From Octopus vulgaris (taxonomy: Eukaryota): 64,000 nt of DNA. Position numbers and translations under genes: made by a program. The stretch spans positions 34,534,001 through 34,598,000 of the forward strand of contig OX597827.1 in NCBI GenBank assembly GCA_951406725.2, read 5' to 3'. This document shows positions 12,512 through 25,393 of the stretch, in pieces (positions within the stretch are counted from its first letter, which is position 1; each line of letters opens with the position of its first letter). The notes beneath the pieces were generated by a model. That model did not search any database, was not told the origin of the DNA, and saw nothing but the letters and a program-made list of their open reading frames with translations.

Positions 12512-14227
12512 GTATATATATAACATATATATACTTATATGTATGTATATATATATATATATGTTCACATACACATATATACACACAAACATATACATAT
12601 GCATATATATTATTTATACACATATATAGATATGTATACATATATATGTATATATATATGTGTGTCTGAAGAACCAACCAACTGGTTGTCTGTTGTCTAA
12701 TAAATCTGCTGCCTGCCATTTAATTTTTTGTTATAATTGTTTAATTGTTTGTTATTACTGTCAAATTTGATGAGAGCCATTTGTTGAAATATATAATTCA
12801 CCAGCAAATTAACAATGTTTCAGGATCTTACTCCACTCAGCTGTGGATACAGTATCCCCCTCTCCACTACTGCATCCAATGTGTAAGCAAGTGAAAGAAT
12901 TACTAGTAGAAGTATCCCTCATGAGGTATCTACTTCTAACAAAAGGATAGAGTGTAAAAGTCCATTAGGTGTTACCCTGTCATCCATAGACAGTCTCTCT
13001 GATTTCAGAATTTAAGGGAAAGCAAATATTTTATAATTTAATTTATTTCAATTTGGCAAGCAAGCAAAGCAACTCATATTCAAACAAAAACTTTATGACT
13101 AATGGGAATACAAAGCTTATCCAGGATCAATAAGCCACTGGTGCTCCCTATAGGCAAAATGAAAAATACAACCACCAAGAAATTTAGTGTTCACAGAAAG
13201 TAAACAAAACTTTAAATGTTGATCAGATTATCAATTTTCAAGATTTTACTTACAAATTGTTAAAAAAAAAAAGAACATATTGTGACTGTAAATTGTTCAA
13301 AACTCTTGAGTTGATTCACCTACAATAATAGTTCGAAGTGAAGATGCACAACCTTTTGGTTAGAACATTGCACTTACAGTCATGATATTATGGTTCCAAA
13401 TTCTGGAGTGAGCAGTTTATTGCATTCTTGAGTAAAATACATCATTTCACACTTACTCAAGTTCACTCAACTGTAAATGAGTTCTCACAGTATCTGGGAA
13501 ACTAACCCTGGCATTTCATTCAGGGCAGAGCATTATAATCTCAGACACTTTATACACCATGAAAACTGGGTTAATCTTTGGCTTTATGAGTTCTGGAGCC
13601 CATGACAGACCTTGTTAGAGCTAGTCCATGTTGAAAAGGAGAGTATGTTGCCTATCAGAGAGGAGCAAGTATGAGCAAAAGAAAGGTAACAGGGGAGTGA
13701 TAAGGAATAGTGTTTGTTTGAATCCAGATCTTTCAGATTGCTGGGTTAATACAGCCTGGCCATTAGATTCTGTAACAAGCAAGCTTTCTAATGGTTTTAT
13801 ATATTAAGTCACAAAAATGATGAGAATCTACGTGAGGAACTAATCTTAAGAATGTATAGTACTATTTTAGGGATGGACAATACTCAGAATTTTAAAAAAA
13901 CCATTGATTGAACTCATTACTACGGTAATGTTTAAGAAATGAACTAAGGAAAATGAATAGACACACATACATGAGGGAGTGTCAACATGGTCATTTGACA
14001 TGCTAAAAATAGAAACCAAATTTATTTCAAATTGCACCATAAAGTCAAATAAATGAAGAGAACACTGGACAGTGAACTTTTAGATGTATAAAAGGACAGG
14101 GTAGTCATTGTTGGAATATCTTTGATCACAGGTCTGTTTGATCAGACCTGAGCTGATGTCAGCTAAACAACACATATGAATTCTGATGAAATTATCTCCC
14201 TTCAGATAAAATCCTGATAATTTGGTG

Positions 14228-14870
14228 ACATCATCATCATCATCATCGTTTAACGTCCACTTTCCATGCTAGCATGGGTTAGACGATTTGACTGAGGTCT
14301 GGTGAACGAGACTCCAATCTGATCTGGCAGAGTTTCTACAGCTGGATACCCTTCCTAACGCCAACCACTCTGAGAGTGTAGTGGGTGCTTTTACATGCCA
14401 CCGGCACGAGTGCCATTTAGGTGGTACTGGCAACAGCCATGCTCAAATGGTGCTTTTTATGTGCCACCTGCACAGGAACCAGTCCAGCGGCAGTGGCAAT
14501 GACCTCGCTCAAATGCTTTTTCGCATGCCCCCAGCACAAGTGCTAGTAAGGTGACGCAGGTAACGATGATGCTTGAATGGTGTTTTTAACATGCCATCGG
14601 CACGAAGGCCAGCTTGTTGCTCTGGCAACGAGCTCACTGGTATGGTACTCTTAGCACTCCACTAGCAATGGATGCCAGTCACCAAGTTTGATTTCGATTT
14701 CGATTTCACTTGCCTCAACAGGTCTTCACAATCAAGTTTGATTTCGATTTCACTTGCCTCAACTGGTCTTCGCAAGCAGAGTTTAGTGTCCAATGAAGCG
14801 GACTGGTTACATTCCTGGCATAGGCTACTAGGTTATAGTCTCACTTGCGCTTGCCGAGTCATGTTAACAA
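14228..14870 (-). mobile_element. SINE/non-autonomous retroposon family D with RTE-type 3' tail and internal ~65-bp tandem repeats
   Basis: Minus-strand tail AACCCATGCTAGCATGGAAAGTGGACGTTAAACGATGATGATG; repeated GGCACGAG...GCTCAAATGGTG..TTTT units. Confidence 0.75.
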
Positions 14871-17336
14871 GAATACCTGGTCTTAGTAAAGGAAATTCCA
14901 ATTATTGGTCAGTAAAACTCCTTTCATAAATTTATGGAGCTAAATAATTCCTATAAATGTCTTGTATCAAACTACTGAGTTGTTGCTTAGTTTTGATGGC
15001 AAACTTATAACTAAAAGGCATACTACCCATTATCATCTACACCCAAGACTGAGATTCAGCATCCAAAGATCATATATCACCACCTCATCCCATGTCTTCT
15101 TGGGTCTACTTCTTCCACCACAAGAACAACTTGAGATAATCCTAAACCTTAAACCCTAATATCTACAGAACAGAGAACCCTAATAGTACATATAAACTAA
15201 ATTAAATTGCATTGTGTATTATTAATTTTTAGTGCACACGTACAAAAACCCACATGAACAGGACTGTCAAGTATATATTTTGAAAAATTTGTTTCAAATC
15301 ATAAGGCCTAGGATTCTCTATATTTCTGACCTTATCTCAGGTTGTTCCAAGCTTTGCAAAGGAAATTAGGTTGACAGAAACTGTGGAAGAAATTTAGGTG
15401 AATTCAGAACCAACTTAGCAGCGTTATTGGCCCCTGGGTAAATCATTGCAATTAGGCTCCATAGTATTTATTTGCTGACAGCAAATCACAACGCACATAG
15501 ATCAGAATTGGACCCCTAGACCCAAAAGGCCCCTGGGCCACTACCCAGTGTGCCCAAGCCTTAAGACAGCACTGGGTGGATTATACTTGTAATTGGAAAG
15601 GGATCAATCTTGTCACACACATGTCACTGTTACTCTTAGTTATCCATTGGATTACATTGTTAAGTCACCCTCAGTTGAGCCGACCTATAATCAGACATAA
15701 CAGCCTGACTAGCCATCTTATTAGAGATGTCTAATGTGTCCTGTCCCTTTTAAGGTGTTATTTGAGTTTAACTAATTATTTCTAGCTGATCAAGCTTAAT
15801 ACAAACTAGCGGAACCCAGGAATATTTCATGGAATTAATGGTAAACTTATTTCTAAAAACATTATCCAAAAAACTTGAAAGCATAGCCTGTGTTATGTCT
15901 GTATGGAAAGATAGTCACTCATCTGCTAATAACTGAAAAGTGAAAGAAATTGGAATATGATGATTACTTAATATACTTTATATATTTTATGCACAATTTT
16001 ATAGACTTAATACATAGCACTCATAAAATAAATATTCACTCTTATTTTTCCATTTTCCCCATAAACGGAAAAAAAATGTCCCATACATATCATATGTATG
16101 GGATATGTAATGGCCACACACCCTGGTGAAGTGTATTGAAGAGTCTCATGCCAATGTTACATAAAAACTACTCATGTCAGTGCCACATGTGAGCACTTGT
16201 GTGGTGTCATGAAAAGCAACCAGCACACTCTGTAAAGTGGTTGGCGTTAGGAAGGGAATTCAGTCATAGAAACCATATTGAATCAGACTGGAATCTGGTG
16301 CAGCTCATGCCAGCATGGACAACAAATGTTGATAATGATGATGATGAAGGCCAAGCCAAAATGCTTGCAACAGAGCAGACTTCACTAAAGATACTCAAAG
16401 TGCTTTTAGTAAAATCCACTGGATGCTTGGGTATGATAAACTAAGAAATGGACTAAGTCTAATCCCATCTTATACCTTCATTTTTATGGATTCAATAAAA
16501 CAAAAACAATAGCTGTCAAGTACTGGAACTGATTTAATTCACTATACCTGCCAACAAAATTTCTGACCTGTATAAGAAATGAATACTTATACTTCTTTGC
16601 TTGAGTTTAAGATGAGGGAGAAAAAAGTAATCACACCCAGTTTGGTTGTTTAACCTACCTATCCTTTGTTATTTCCTTCTTTCTTCCATTATACTTGCTT
16701 TTGCTAACAGCTCCAGGACCTAATTTAAATTGCTATATGAAGATAAAATTTTTGTCTTACTAACACTGTTTTAAGAAGCCAGTTTTATCAAAAATTTAAA
16801 GTAAAACATGGAACTGTAGTACTGTGAAGACATAACTTGAGTTCAAATCCTGTTTCGGTCAGCATTCATTCCTGCACCAGTAATAAAATAATCAAGATTA
16901 CATTGAGATTAAATCAATTAACTATAATCTTCCCTTAGAAAAAATATCAATATTTATTATCCTATAAAGCATGAAGTGTGGATAATGAAGAATTGGCAGA
17001 TATTGAACAATATCCCTTGTCATATTAAGTTATATCACTTAAAATTTTCAAATTCAAATCTTTCAGAGCCAACTTTTCCTTTCATCCTATGAGGGTTGAT
17101 GAAATAAAACTTCAATCAAATAAATACTGAATAAGAGTATAAATCTATTTTGATTTCATTAACCATGACAATTCATCCCCTTTTCAAACATTCCCAGGTC
17201 CCTTTGGAGGGTTCTCCACAACCTCATGAGAACCGTGAATCTAGGTGATTAATTGCATCATCAGCACTAGAGGTGCAGTCTGTCAGCAAAAGTCGTATAT
17301 TGTTGATTTGGGTTTAAAATGCTTAAACAACAACAT

Positions 17337-18327
17337 AGGAGAAGGTATGACTGTGTGGTTAAGAACCTCATTTTGCAACCCCATGGTTTGGGGTTCAGAC
17401 CCATGGCCTGGTACCTTGAGTGTCTTCTACTATACCACCAGGCCAACCAATGCTTTATAAGTAATTTTGGGAGATGAAGCTGTGTTTGTCTGTCCTACAT
17501 GCTTGACATCTGATGTTGGTTTGTTTGTGTCTCCAAAACCTACTCATTCAGCTAAAGACACCGAAAGACTAAGGAGCAGACTTTAAAAAAATAAGTATTA
17601 GGGTTGATTTGTTTGACAAAACCCTTCAAGATAGTGCCCCAGCATGGCTGTAGTCCAATGACTGAAACAAGTACAAGAACAGTGAAAAACCAGTTAAACA
17701 ATAACACCTAGCTCTTCCAAGTCTTTAGTAGAACCCACTCTATGGCAAGTATCTGGGTAAGATCTGTATTCTTTTGTTCTTTTACTTATTTCAGTAATCA
17801 GATTGTGGCCATGAAAGGGCACTATCTTGAAGAATTGTGTTCGAATGAATTGACCTTTTTATTTTTGTTTAAGCCTGGTACTTATTCTATCAGTCTCTTT
17901 TGCTGAACTACTAAGTTCTAGGTATGTAAACACAAAACCAGTTGTCAAACAGTGATGAGGGACAAACACATACACAATAACACAGTAATTTGGGCAAGTG
18001 TCTTCTTCTATAGCCTCAGGCCCAACCAAAGCTTTGTGAATGGATTTGGTAAACAGAAACTGAAAGAAACCCATCATATGTATGCATGTGTCTTTATGTC
18101 TGTGTTTGTCCTCCTCCACTGCTTGACAACTAGTGTTGGTGTGTTCACGTCCCCATAACTTAGCAGTTCAGCAAAAAGAGACCGATAGGATAAGTACCAG
18201 GTTTAAAAATCTGATGGGATAACTACCAGGCTTGAAAAAGAAGTCCCAGGGTTGATTTGTTCAATTAAGACCCTCCAAAGTGGTACCCCAGGATAGCCCC
18301 AGCCAAATGACTGAAACAAGTAAAAGA
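17337..18327. mobile_element. Cluster of SINE family B copies: 17337-17678 (+), 17779-17980 (-), 17989-18327 (+)
   Basis: Each aligns by eye to parts of 19385-19768. Confidence 0.8.
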
Positions 18328-18344
18328 TTATATATATATATATT

Positions 18345-18544
18345 CTCTTTTAATTGTTTCAGTCATTTGACTGTGGCCATGCCACCTTTAGTCGAGCAAG
18401 TCGACCCCAGGACTTATTCTTTGTAAGCCTAGTACTTATTCTATCGATCTCTTTTGCCAAACTGCTAAGTTACAAGGACGTAAACACACCAGCATCGGTT
18501 GTGAAGTGATGTTGGTGAAGACAAACACAGACACGCAAACATAT

Positions 18545-18591
<47 letters not shown>

Positions 18592-18752
18592 TACAACGCT
18601 TCTTTCAGTTTCCGTCTACCAAATCCGCTCACAAGGCTTTGGTCGGCCCAAGGCTATAGTAGAAGACACTTGCCCAAGGTGCCACGCAGTGGGACAGAAC
18701 CCGGAACCATGTGGTTCATAAGCAAACTACTTACAACACAGCCACTCCTACA

Positions 18753-18753
<1 letters not shown>
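18345..18753 (-). mobile_element. Young near-full-length SINE family B
   Basis: Reverse complement of 19385-19768 with high identity. Confidence 0.9.
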
Positions 18754-18800
<47 letters not shown>

Positions 18801-19384
18801 CTTTTACTTGTTTCAGCCATTTGGCTGGGGCACCACTTTGAAGGGTTTTAGTTGAACAAAATCGACCCCAGGGCTTTTTTAAAGCCTGGTGTTTACTCTA
18901 TCAGTCTTTTTTTACTGAACTGCTAAGTTATGGGGATGTAAACACACCAACACTGGTTGTCAAGTGGTGAAGGAAGACAAACACACACATCTACAGAAAC
19001 ATCTACGGAAATGCCAGACCCGGGAATTCACAGTACACATCAAGACAACACAGCAGAAGAGGGGCAACCATAGAATCTCTGAGGCCATCCTCTTACATTA
19101 AAGGAAACCAAATATCAGCAACAGAAGAAAGTTACAAGAAGCTAGCTGGTTGCTATAGCAACACCTTTTTGCACATGTCCACTCCACACACACTCACACA
19201 TGTGCACATCGGCAACATTCATTAATTTCTTGAAAATGGGGTCATAACCCAAAAATATTGAATGCAAGGTAAGTCTACATTCATTCATATATTTCTTTTC
19301 TTGTGATTTGCTTTCAATTACTTTGCATTGGTCTGGCCTTACCCACAATCCTTTATACAATATATATATATGTATATATATCAT

Positions 19385-19548
19385 AGGCGCAGGAGTGGCT
19401 GTGTGGTAAGTAGCTTGCTTACCAACCACATGGTTCCGGGTTCAGTCCCACTGCGTGGCATCTTGGGCAAGTGTCTTCTGCTATAGCCCCAGGCCGACCA
19501 ATGCCTTGCGAGTGGATTTGGTAGACGGAAACTGAAAGAAGCCTGTCG

Positions 19549-19580
<32 letters not shown>

Positions 19581-19768
19581 GGTGTTTGTCCCCCTAGCAT
19601 TGCTTGACAACCGATGCTGGTGTGTTTACGTCCCCGTCACTTAGTGGTTTGGCAAAAGAGACCAATAGAATAAGTACTGGGCTTACAAAGAATAAGTCCC
19701 CGGGTCGATTTGCTCAACTAAAGGCGGTGCTCCAGCATGGCCGCAGTCAAATGACTGAAACAAGTAAA
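19385..19768 (+). mobile_element. Young full-length tRNA-derived SINE family B
   Basis: GGCGCAGGAGTGGCTGTGTGGTAAG (A box), GGTTCAGTCCC (B box), internal (TA)n, tail ATGACTGAAACAAGTAAAA. Confidence 0.9.
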
Positions 19769-19842
19769 AAAAAAAAAGAGAGTATATATGTGTGTGTGTG
19801 TGTATATACATATATATATGTGTGTGTGTGTATATATATATA

Positions 19843-20174
19843 CAGGCTGTCATTGACTTAAGACTGATCGACTTTACGACGATTGGCGTACCAGCTCCTG
19901 GCAGCAATACTAAATAGTCCAGTTGAAATCTAATGGGCTTAATTTCTTAGAAGTTAACCAATCTGCAGATGATGTCAGCTAACAAACGACATTGTACTTT
20001 TCTATGAACAAATAACACTGTTGTAGAATGATACAGAATACTGTGTATGACTTTTACCCGAGAAGTTACTTTAAGAATGTAAAAATATAAAACAAAGCTA
20101 TGTAGGCCTATAGGCCGACTTACAACCAATCAGTCAGTCAGAACCAACTGTGGTTGTAAGTTGACGATGACCTG
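19843..20174. mobile_element. pogo/Tigger-type MITE
   Basis: Imperfect TIRs CAGGCTGTCATTGACTTAAGAC / GTTGTAAGTTGACGATGACCTG differing mostly by transitions (CpG decay); TA on the left. Confidence 0.65.
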
Positions 20175-20179
20175 TGTAA

Positions 20180-20230
<51 letters not shown>

Positions 20231-20294
20231 GTCTGGGGAGAGTCATCTTCTTTTTGTGCCAAATCAAAAAACGAAATGTATATATATATTAACT

Positions 20295-20680
20295 TCCTTC
20301 AGAAACCTGCCAGTCACCTGTTCACCTACCAGTCTGGTGAATACACTAGTCAGATTGACTACATTCTCAAAAGGAAATGAGAAAGCTGGCTACTAATAAA
20401 AGCCAAAACTTTCCCAGGTGAAGAATGCACCCCACAACATAGGTTAGTAGTTAGCAGCTTCAGGATCAGGGCTAAATGGTTGTCCTGAAGACGTCCAGCA
20501 TAGAAAAGAAGGGTTTGGAAGCTTAAGGATCTTCTGAATGGACAGAGATTTAGAGAAGCTTTTGACGAAAAGAGGAGCAAATAGTATCACATAATATGGA
20601 GGACAACTGAAGGTTCCTATGGGACAACCTGTTGAGGGCTACTGACCAGAACTATGGCTGGTGTAAAGTCCCCTCTCAAT
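20295..20680 (+). mobile_element. RTE-clade LINE fragment (APE endonuclease C-terminus)
   Basis: Translates PASHLFTYQSGEYTSQIDYIL...KTFPGEECTPQHRLVV...KRRVWKLKD with stops. Confidence 0.8.
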
Positions 20681-20699
20681 CGAAGGTAATACTAGCTTC

Positions 20700-21914
20700 A
20701 TAGTATCATAATTTTGAAATATCTATAAAACTGTCAAAAGCTTGTTTAGTTTTATGTTTTTTTTATTTATTATTAGTGTTACTTAATATGTTTTGCTAAA
20801 ATTGTTGTTTCTTTTCAGATATCAGAAAAAGGTAATTAAAATTCAGTAAAATGACAGATCTATTGGACTTTCAAAGAGGTCAAATTGTTGGTGCTCGTAT
20901 GGCAGGTACTAGCATAATGAAAACAGCCGAAATGTTTGGTGAATCAAGAAGTACTGTCTCAAAAGTAATGACAGCCTTTGAGAAAGAGGGAAAAACCACC
21001 TCGTCAAAATAAAACTCCAGAAGAAAACATAAACTTTCAGATAGGGACCATCGGACTCTTAGGCGAATTGTTAGAAAGTATCACAAAGGTACAGCTCCAA
21101 AATTACTACAGAGCTTAATGACCACCTCGAGAACCCCGTTTCCACAAAAACTGTTCGCCAGGAGCTACACAAAGCCGGATTTCACAGGAGGTCTGCAATC
21201 AGAAAACCACTACTTTCAAAAACAAACATTGCAAAGCTTTTAGGTAAAAACCTACAGAATTGGTTCCGAGAGCAGTGGAATAATGTTATTTTCTCGGACG
21301 AGTCATCCTTTACCTTATTTTCGACCAGCGGCCAAGTATACGTACAGAGACAGCCAAAAGAAGCATTTGACCCAGACTGCCTTCTTCCAACTCTTAAACA
21401 TGGAGGAAGTTCTGTGATGATCTGGGGGCTATATCTTGTAAATCTGCTGGCTCAATGGTCTCTCTTCATGGCAGAATTAATAGTCAAGACTATTTAAGCA
21501 TTTTATCTGATCAAATTCATCCTATGGTTGCGGAACTGTTTCCAGAGGGAAACACAATCTTTCAGGATGATAATGCACCAATTCACACAGCTAAGTGGCA
21601 TGAGGAACATTCTAGTGAAGTCAAATATCTTATCTGGCCACCACAGTCCCCAGATTAAAATATTATTGAACATTTATGGTGCATTTTAGAAAAACAAGTA
21701 AGGAGTCAATATCCTCCACCATCATCACTACAAGAACTTGACACTGTTTTAGCTGAAGAATGGACAAAAATTCCTTTGGAAACAATTCAAACTTTATATG
21801 AATCCACACCTCATAGAATTCAAGCTGTAATTACTGCCAAAAGTGGTCCTACCCCATATTAAAATAAATTTGTTTGAAATTTTAAAGTGTTTCCATTATT
21901 TTGTCCAACTCCTG
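20700..21914 (+). mobile_element. Tc1-like DNA transposon, decayed, left TIR not found
   Basis: Right terminus ...TTCCATTATTTTGTCCAACTCCTG|TA; contains a transposase pseudogene. Confidence 0.9.
20851..21862 (+). pseudogene. Tc1 (DD34E-type) transposase pseudogene
   Basis: MTDLLDFQRGQIVGAR... start; FSDES, KHGGSSVMIW, FQDDNAPIHTA and WPPQSPD motifs; ends GPTPY*; in-frame stop at ~21010 plus frameshifts. Confidence 0.9.
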
Positions 21915-24449
21915 TATATATACACACACAACAGGCTTCTTTCACTTTCCATCAACTAAATCCCACAAGGCTTTGTTCAGCATGCAACTATAGTAGAAAG
22001 CATTTACCCAAGGTATCACACAATGGGACTGAACCCAGAGCTACATGGTTGGGAAGCAAGCTTCTTACTACCCACCCATGCCTGTATGAAAATTATGTTT
22101 CATAAATTCTTTTCCTGTGAAATTTAAACCAAAAAGTAGAATATCACCATCTTCTCTGTAAAAAAAAATCATGGTAACAAAAGAAAGAATTTTAAAAAAT
22201 AAGACACAGGAGAAAATGCAATCACTGAATACACAACAATTTTAATGAATTTTCTTTATCATTTTGGCATTTCTATTCCCAACCCCCTAAATACATGTCT
22301 GAGTGATCAACATAACATAGAATATCTTTACATAAAATAAATATATCAGCATGTTTTTCAAGATAAATATCAAAATGTTTCAGCATATTATATATTTATT
22401 TTTATATTTATATTTATATAATCTTTATTTTTGGCATTTGTAAATATTGATTGACAGAAAAACTTATATTTCACAGATGAAATATAAACATGTTTTTACA
22501 CTAAAAGTGTTTTATATTTATACACCATAAGTGTTTACATATATAATACTCACACACAGTCTCAATTTTTTTTTGCATATCTAAATATATGATGTGGATT
22601 TTTGCCTATATCATTTGTACATACGTGTGTGTGTGTGTACATGTGTGAAAAAAAACATACACACACAAATAGATAACCAATGTTTAGATTGGGGAGCAAA
22701 GCTATAAATTATTAATATTATTTATCAGAATCTTTTAAAAATTTATCTGAAATCCTTGTGAGATTTATTGTTTAGTCTTAGGTCAATCCTAATCCAAGAG
22801 TATAAATCTTCCTGTTTTCCTCATTCACAGAAAAATTAAGGCTTTTCCTAACATTAAATATCATTTAACCTGATGCTGTTCTGTCTCAGTTCTCAAAACA
22901 CTCATGTTTGATGTAATGCTGACAATGACTAACATCTTTTGTTATTAGCTTCCCAACTGCTCATAACTCTCATAGATCTTTACCAATGTACAGAATATTA
23001 CCCCAACAGTGAACCTCTATAAAGTTGATTGACCTGCTAGATATAGTAACCAAATCTCCTTCAAATTACACTTAAATAGCTGGAAAACAAGACAGATACA
23101 TTGGATAATATAGTCCTATATATCTTCTAAAAAGGACAGGATGGTGTCAGCTGGATCACATTTGATCCTAGATCTGCTGTATCAGAACTGACATGGAGCT
23201 AAACAATAAACCATCTCATGATAAAGATTTTAGATATATTCTAAAATGGGATTTCTGATAATCTAGGAATTATTTGCAGCTCTGTTCTCCCATCCCAAAC
23301 ATGGCTTATATTTAAAAAGAAGTGCCCAGCCACTCCTTCAGTTTGTGAACAAATTCCCAGTTAAAAAAACCTTGCAATGCAAACTGATTTGTGGTGGATT
23401 CAACTGAAAGACCCACATCCTCAATGTACCTTTTTTTACAAGGCCAAAATAAAGTTTAGCTCTGTGAAGGACTTAAATTTACTTTATAGTGGTATGTTGT
23501 TCTTATATTTCCCCTACAAGGTCCAGTTTTTGTTGCAGTGTAGTGGCTTGTGTCCCTCAATGACCCTTAAATCTATGCCAGTGGAATGCAAACTCCTCGT
23601 AAGCCCTCACATACTGGAGAGTCAAAGGGTAGAGGCCAGACTAATATGGACCACCATTTCACAGCAATTGACCTGCTATATATAGTAACCAAATCTCTTT
23701 CAAATAACACTCAGATCCCTATCTAGAAAAAGCAAAGTTACAGGAGCAAGTCCTGGGAGAGGGACAGCCCAGAGTTGAGAACAGCCACCAATGGCCTATA
23801 CTTCATAAGGAGTAAAGGGCTTAAGAAGTTAAGTTACCATATTTAGAATAGTAGCAGAAATGTAGGGTAAATTTAAAGTTGTAGAGAACCAAGTCTGGAA
23901 TTTCAAGTTAAATTCATAGATGAAACCATTTTATTTCACACCAATGTTTTTAAGAAGTTCACTTTGCAGCTGCCTTGTTACAGATTCAAGCTCACTGTCC
24001 AGTACTTTGGACAAGAATCTTCTACCATAACCTACAGCTCACTGATGATTTGAGAGTGAAACTTGGTAGATGAACTCCATGAAGAAACCTGTTGTGTGTG
24101 TGTGTATGTCTATGCATGCACGTGTGTGTGTGTGTGTTTGTTTGTATATCTTTTGTCAATGTATATCAACAAAAATGTGAACATCGGTGAAAAAAGAAAT
24201 CAATAAAGTCCCTTGTAATATTTGTTCTGCATCAGTTTGCAGACACTTTCTTTGTCAGAAATACAATAAAACTGTGATAAGTATGTCAGAAACTTGTAAC
24301 CAATAATGCTTTCTTTCACCCATTGCAATGTAATATATATATATATATATATACACATACACATCAATTTAATCACAAATATACTTGAGAAAGGCATTTA
24401 TATCATTGTTGTACACATGTGAGGCCTTGTGGTTTTATAAGTGGAGTCA

Positions 24450-24483
<34 letters not shown>

Positions 24484-24690
24484 CCAGAGTAAGCACATAA
24501 ATGTGAAACAAGGTGGAAAAAAGAGTACTCAAATACCAAAGGTAGAGTAATATGCTTTATTTAAAAGCAGCAGAAATATAACAAAAGCTGTTACTCGGAG
24601 TTTCAGTTGTTAACAAAACTGTCCGACGACGGGAACGTGAAACTCCGAGTAACAGCTTTTGTTATATTTCTGCTGCTTTTAAATAAAGTA
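24484..24690. mobile_element. Penelope-like terminal (pLTR) remnant with a perfect 51-bp inverted repeat and a hammerhead-like motif
   Basis: Arms 24555-24605 and 24638-24688; CTGT-CCGACGA-CGGGAACGT-GAAA-CTCCGAG-TA-ACAG; flanked by (TA)n on both sides. Confidence 0.7.
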
Positions 24691-25181
24691 TATATATATA
24701 TATTGTTTGTTTTACAGCTGATCTTTAGAAACATATGTCAGTCATACAATATCATTCATTCTCTCTGAGTTAGTGAAAACGTGTCGTTTCTAGATGTAGG
24801 TGTGTGTAGAGGTACTGTGATTATGCATTCTGCAGTTAATACCCTCACATTTATCATTCCTCTGAGAAAATCCTTTCTGCTACCACTATTATCACCACCA
24901 TCACTGCTCATTAAGTAATTTCAAAGTGAGAACAGACTTTTAATGTTTGATTTTATGCCTGTTTATCAAACAATGAAATCAATTACTTGACATTTCATAA
25001 TCAAAGAGAACTGATGACCACCAATCTGTTGATATCGGGGTTTTTAGCCTAAAATACTTGTCTTTTTTTTTTCCTCACAACAAAATAATTTACTCTTTGG
25101 GAACTGTTTGCATTACTATTAACTGACAAAACACTGATGTATTGCCTCGGGACTCTATTGTTTCACTATTGGTATCAAGGT

Positions 25182-25393
25182 TTAACCCTTTAGCATTTAA
25201 ACTGACCATATCTGGCACAAATATTTTACTTGTTTTATGTTCAAATTGATTAGATCTAGACTCTCACAACTACCCTACAATATCATTCTAAAAATAAACA
25301 ATCACATCATTCAAAATCTTTAAGCTACAATTCAAAACAATGTGAACAAATAAGCATTACATTTGATTGAGTAATCTGAATGCTAAAGGTTAA
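25182..25393 (-). mobile_element. piggyBac-type MITE
   Basis: TTAA CCCTTTAGCATTTAAA ... CTGAATGCTAAAGG TTAA; reverse copy of 8451-8662. Confidence 0.75.

Noticed and set aside
12824-12882. Possible plus-strand micro-exon TTTCAG|...|GTAAGC
   Set aside because: Weak pyrimidine tract, no partner exons or recognisable peptide; cannot be supported
14390-14660. Regularly spaced repeats superficially like a CRISPR array
   Set aside because: Eukaryotic context; degenerate tandem units internal to a retroposon; no unique spacers or cas genes
15805-16090. Possible Helitron/Helentron-like start ACTAGCGGAACCC
   Set aside because: No convincing 3' hairpin or second copy in the window
19385-19460. tRNA-like sequence at SINE heads (also ~43665-43739)
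   Set aside because: These continue into SINE bodies and do not form a full cloverleaf; not tRNA genes
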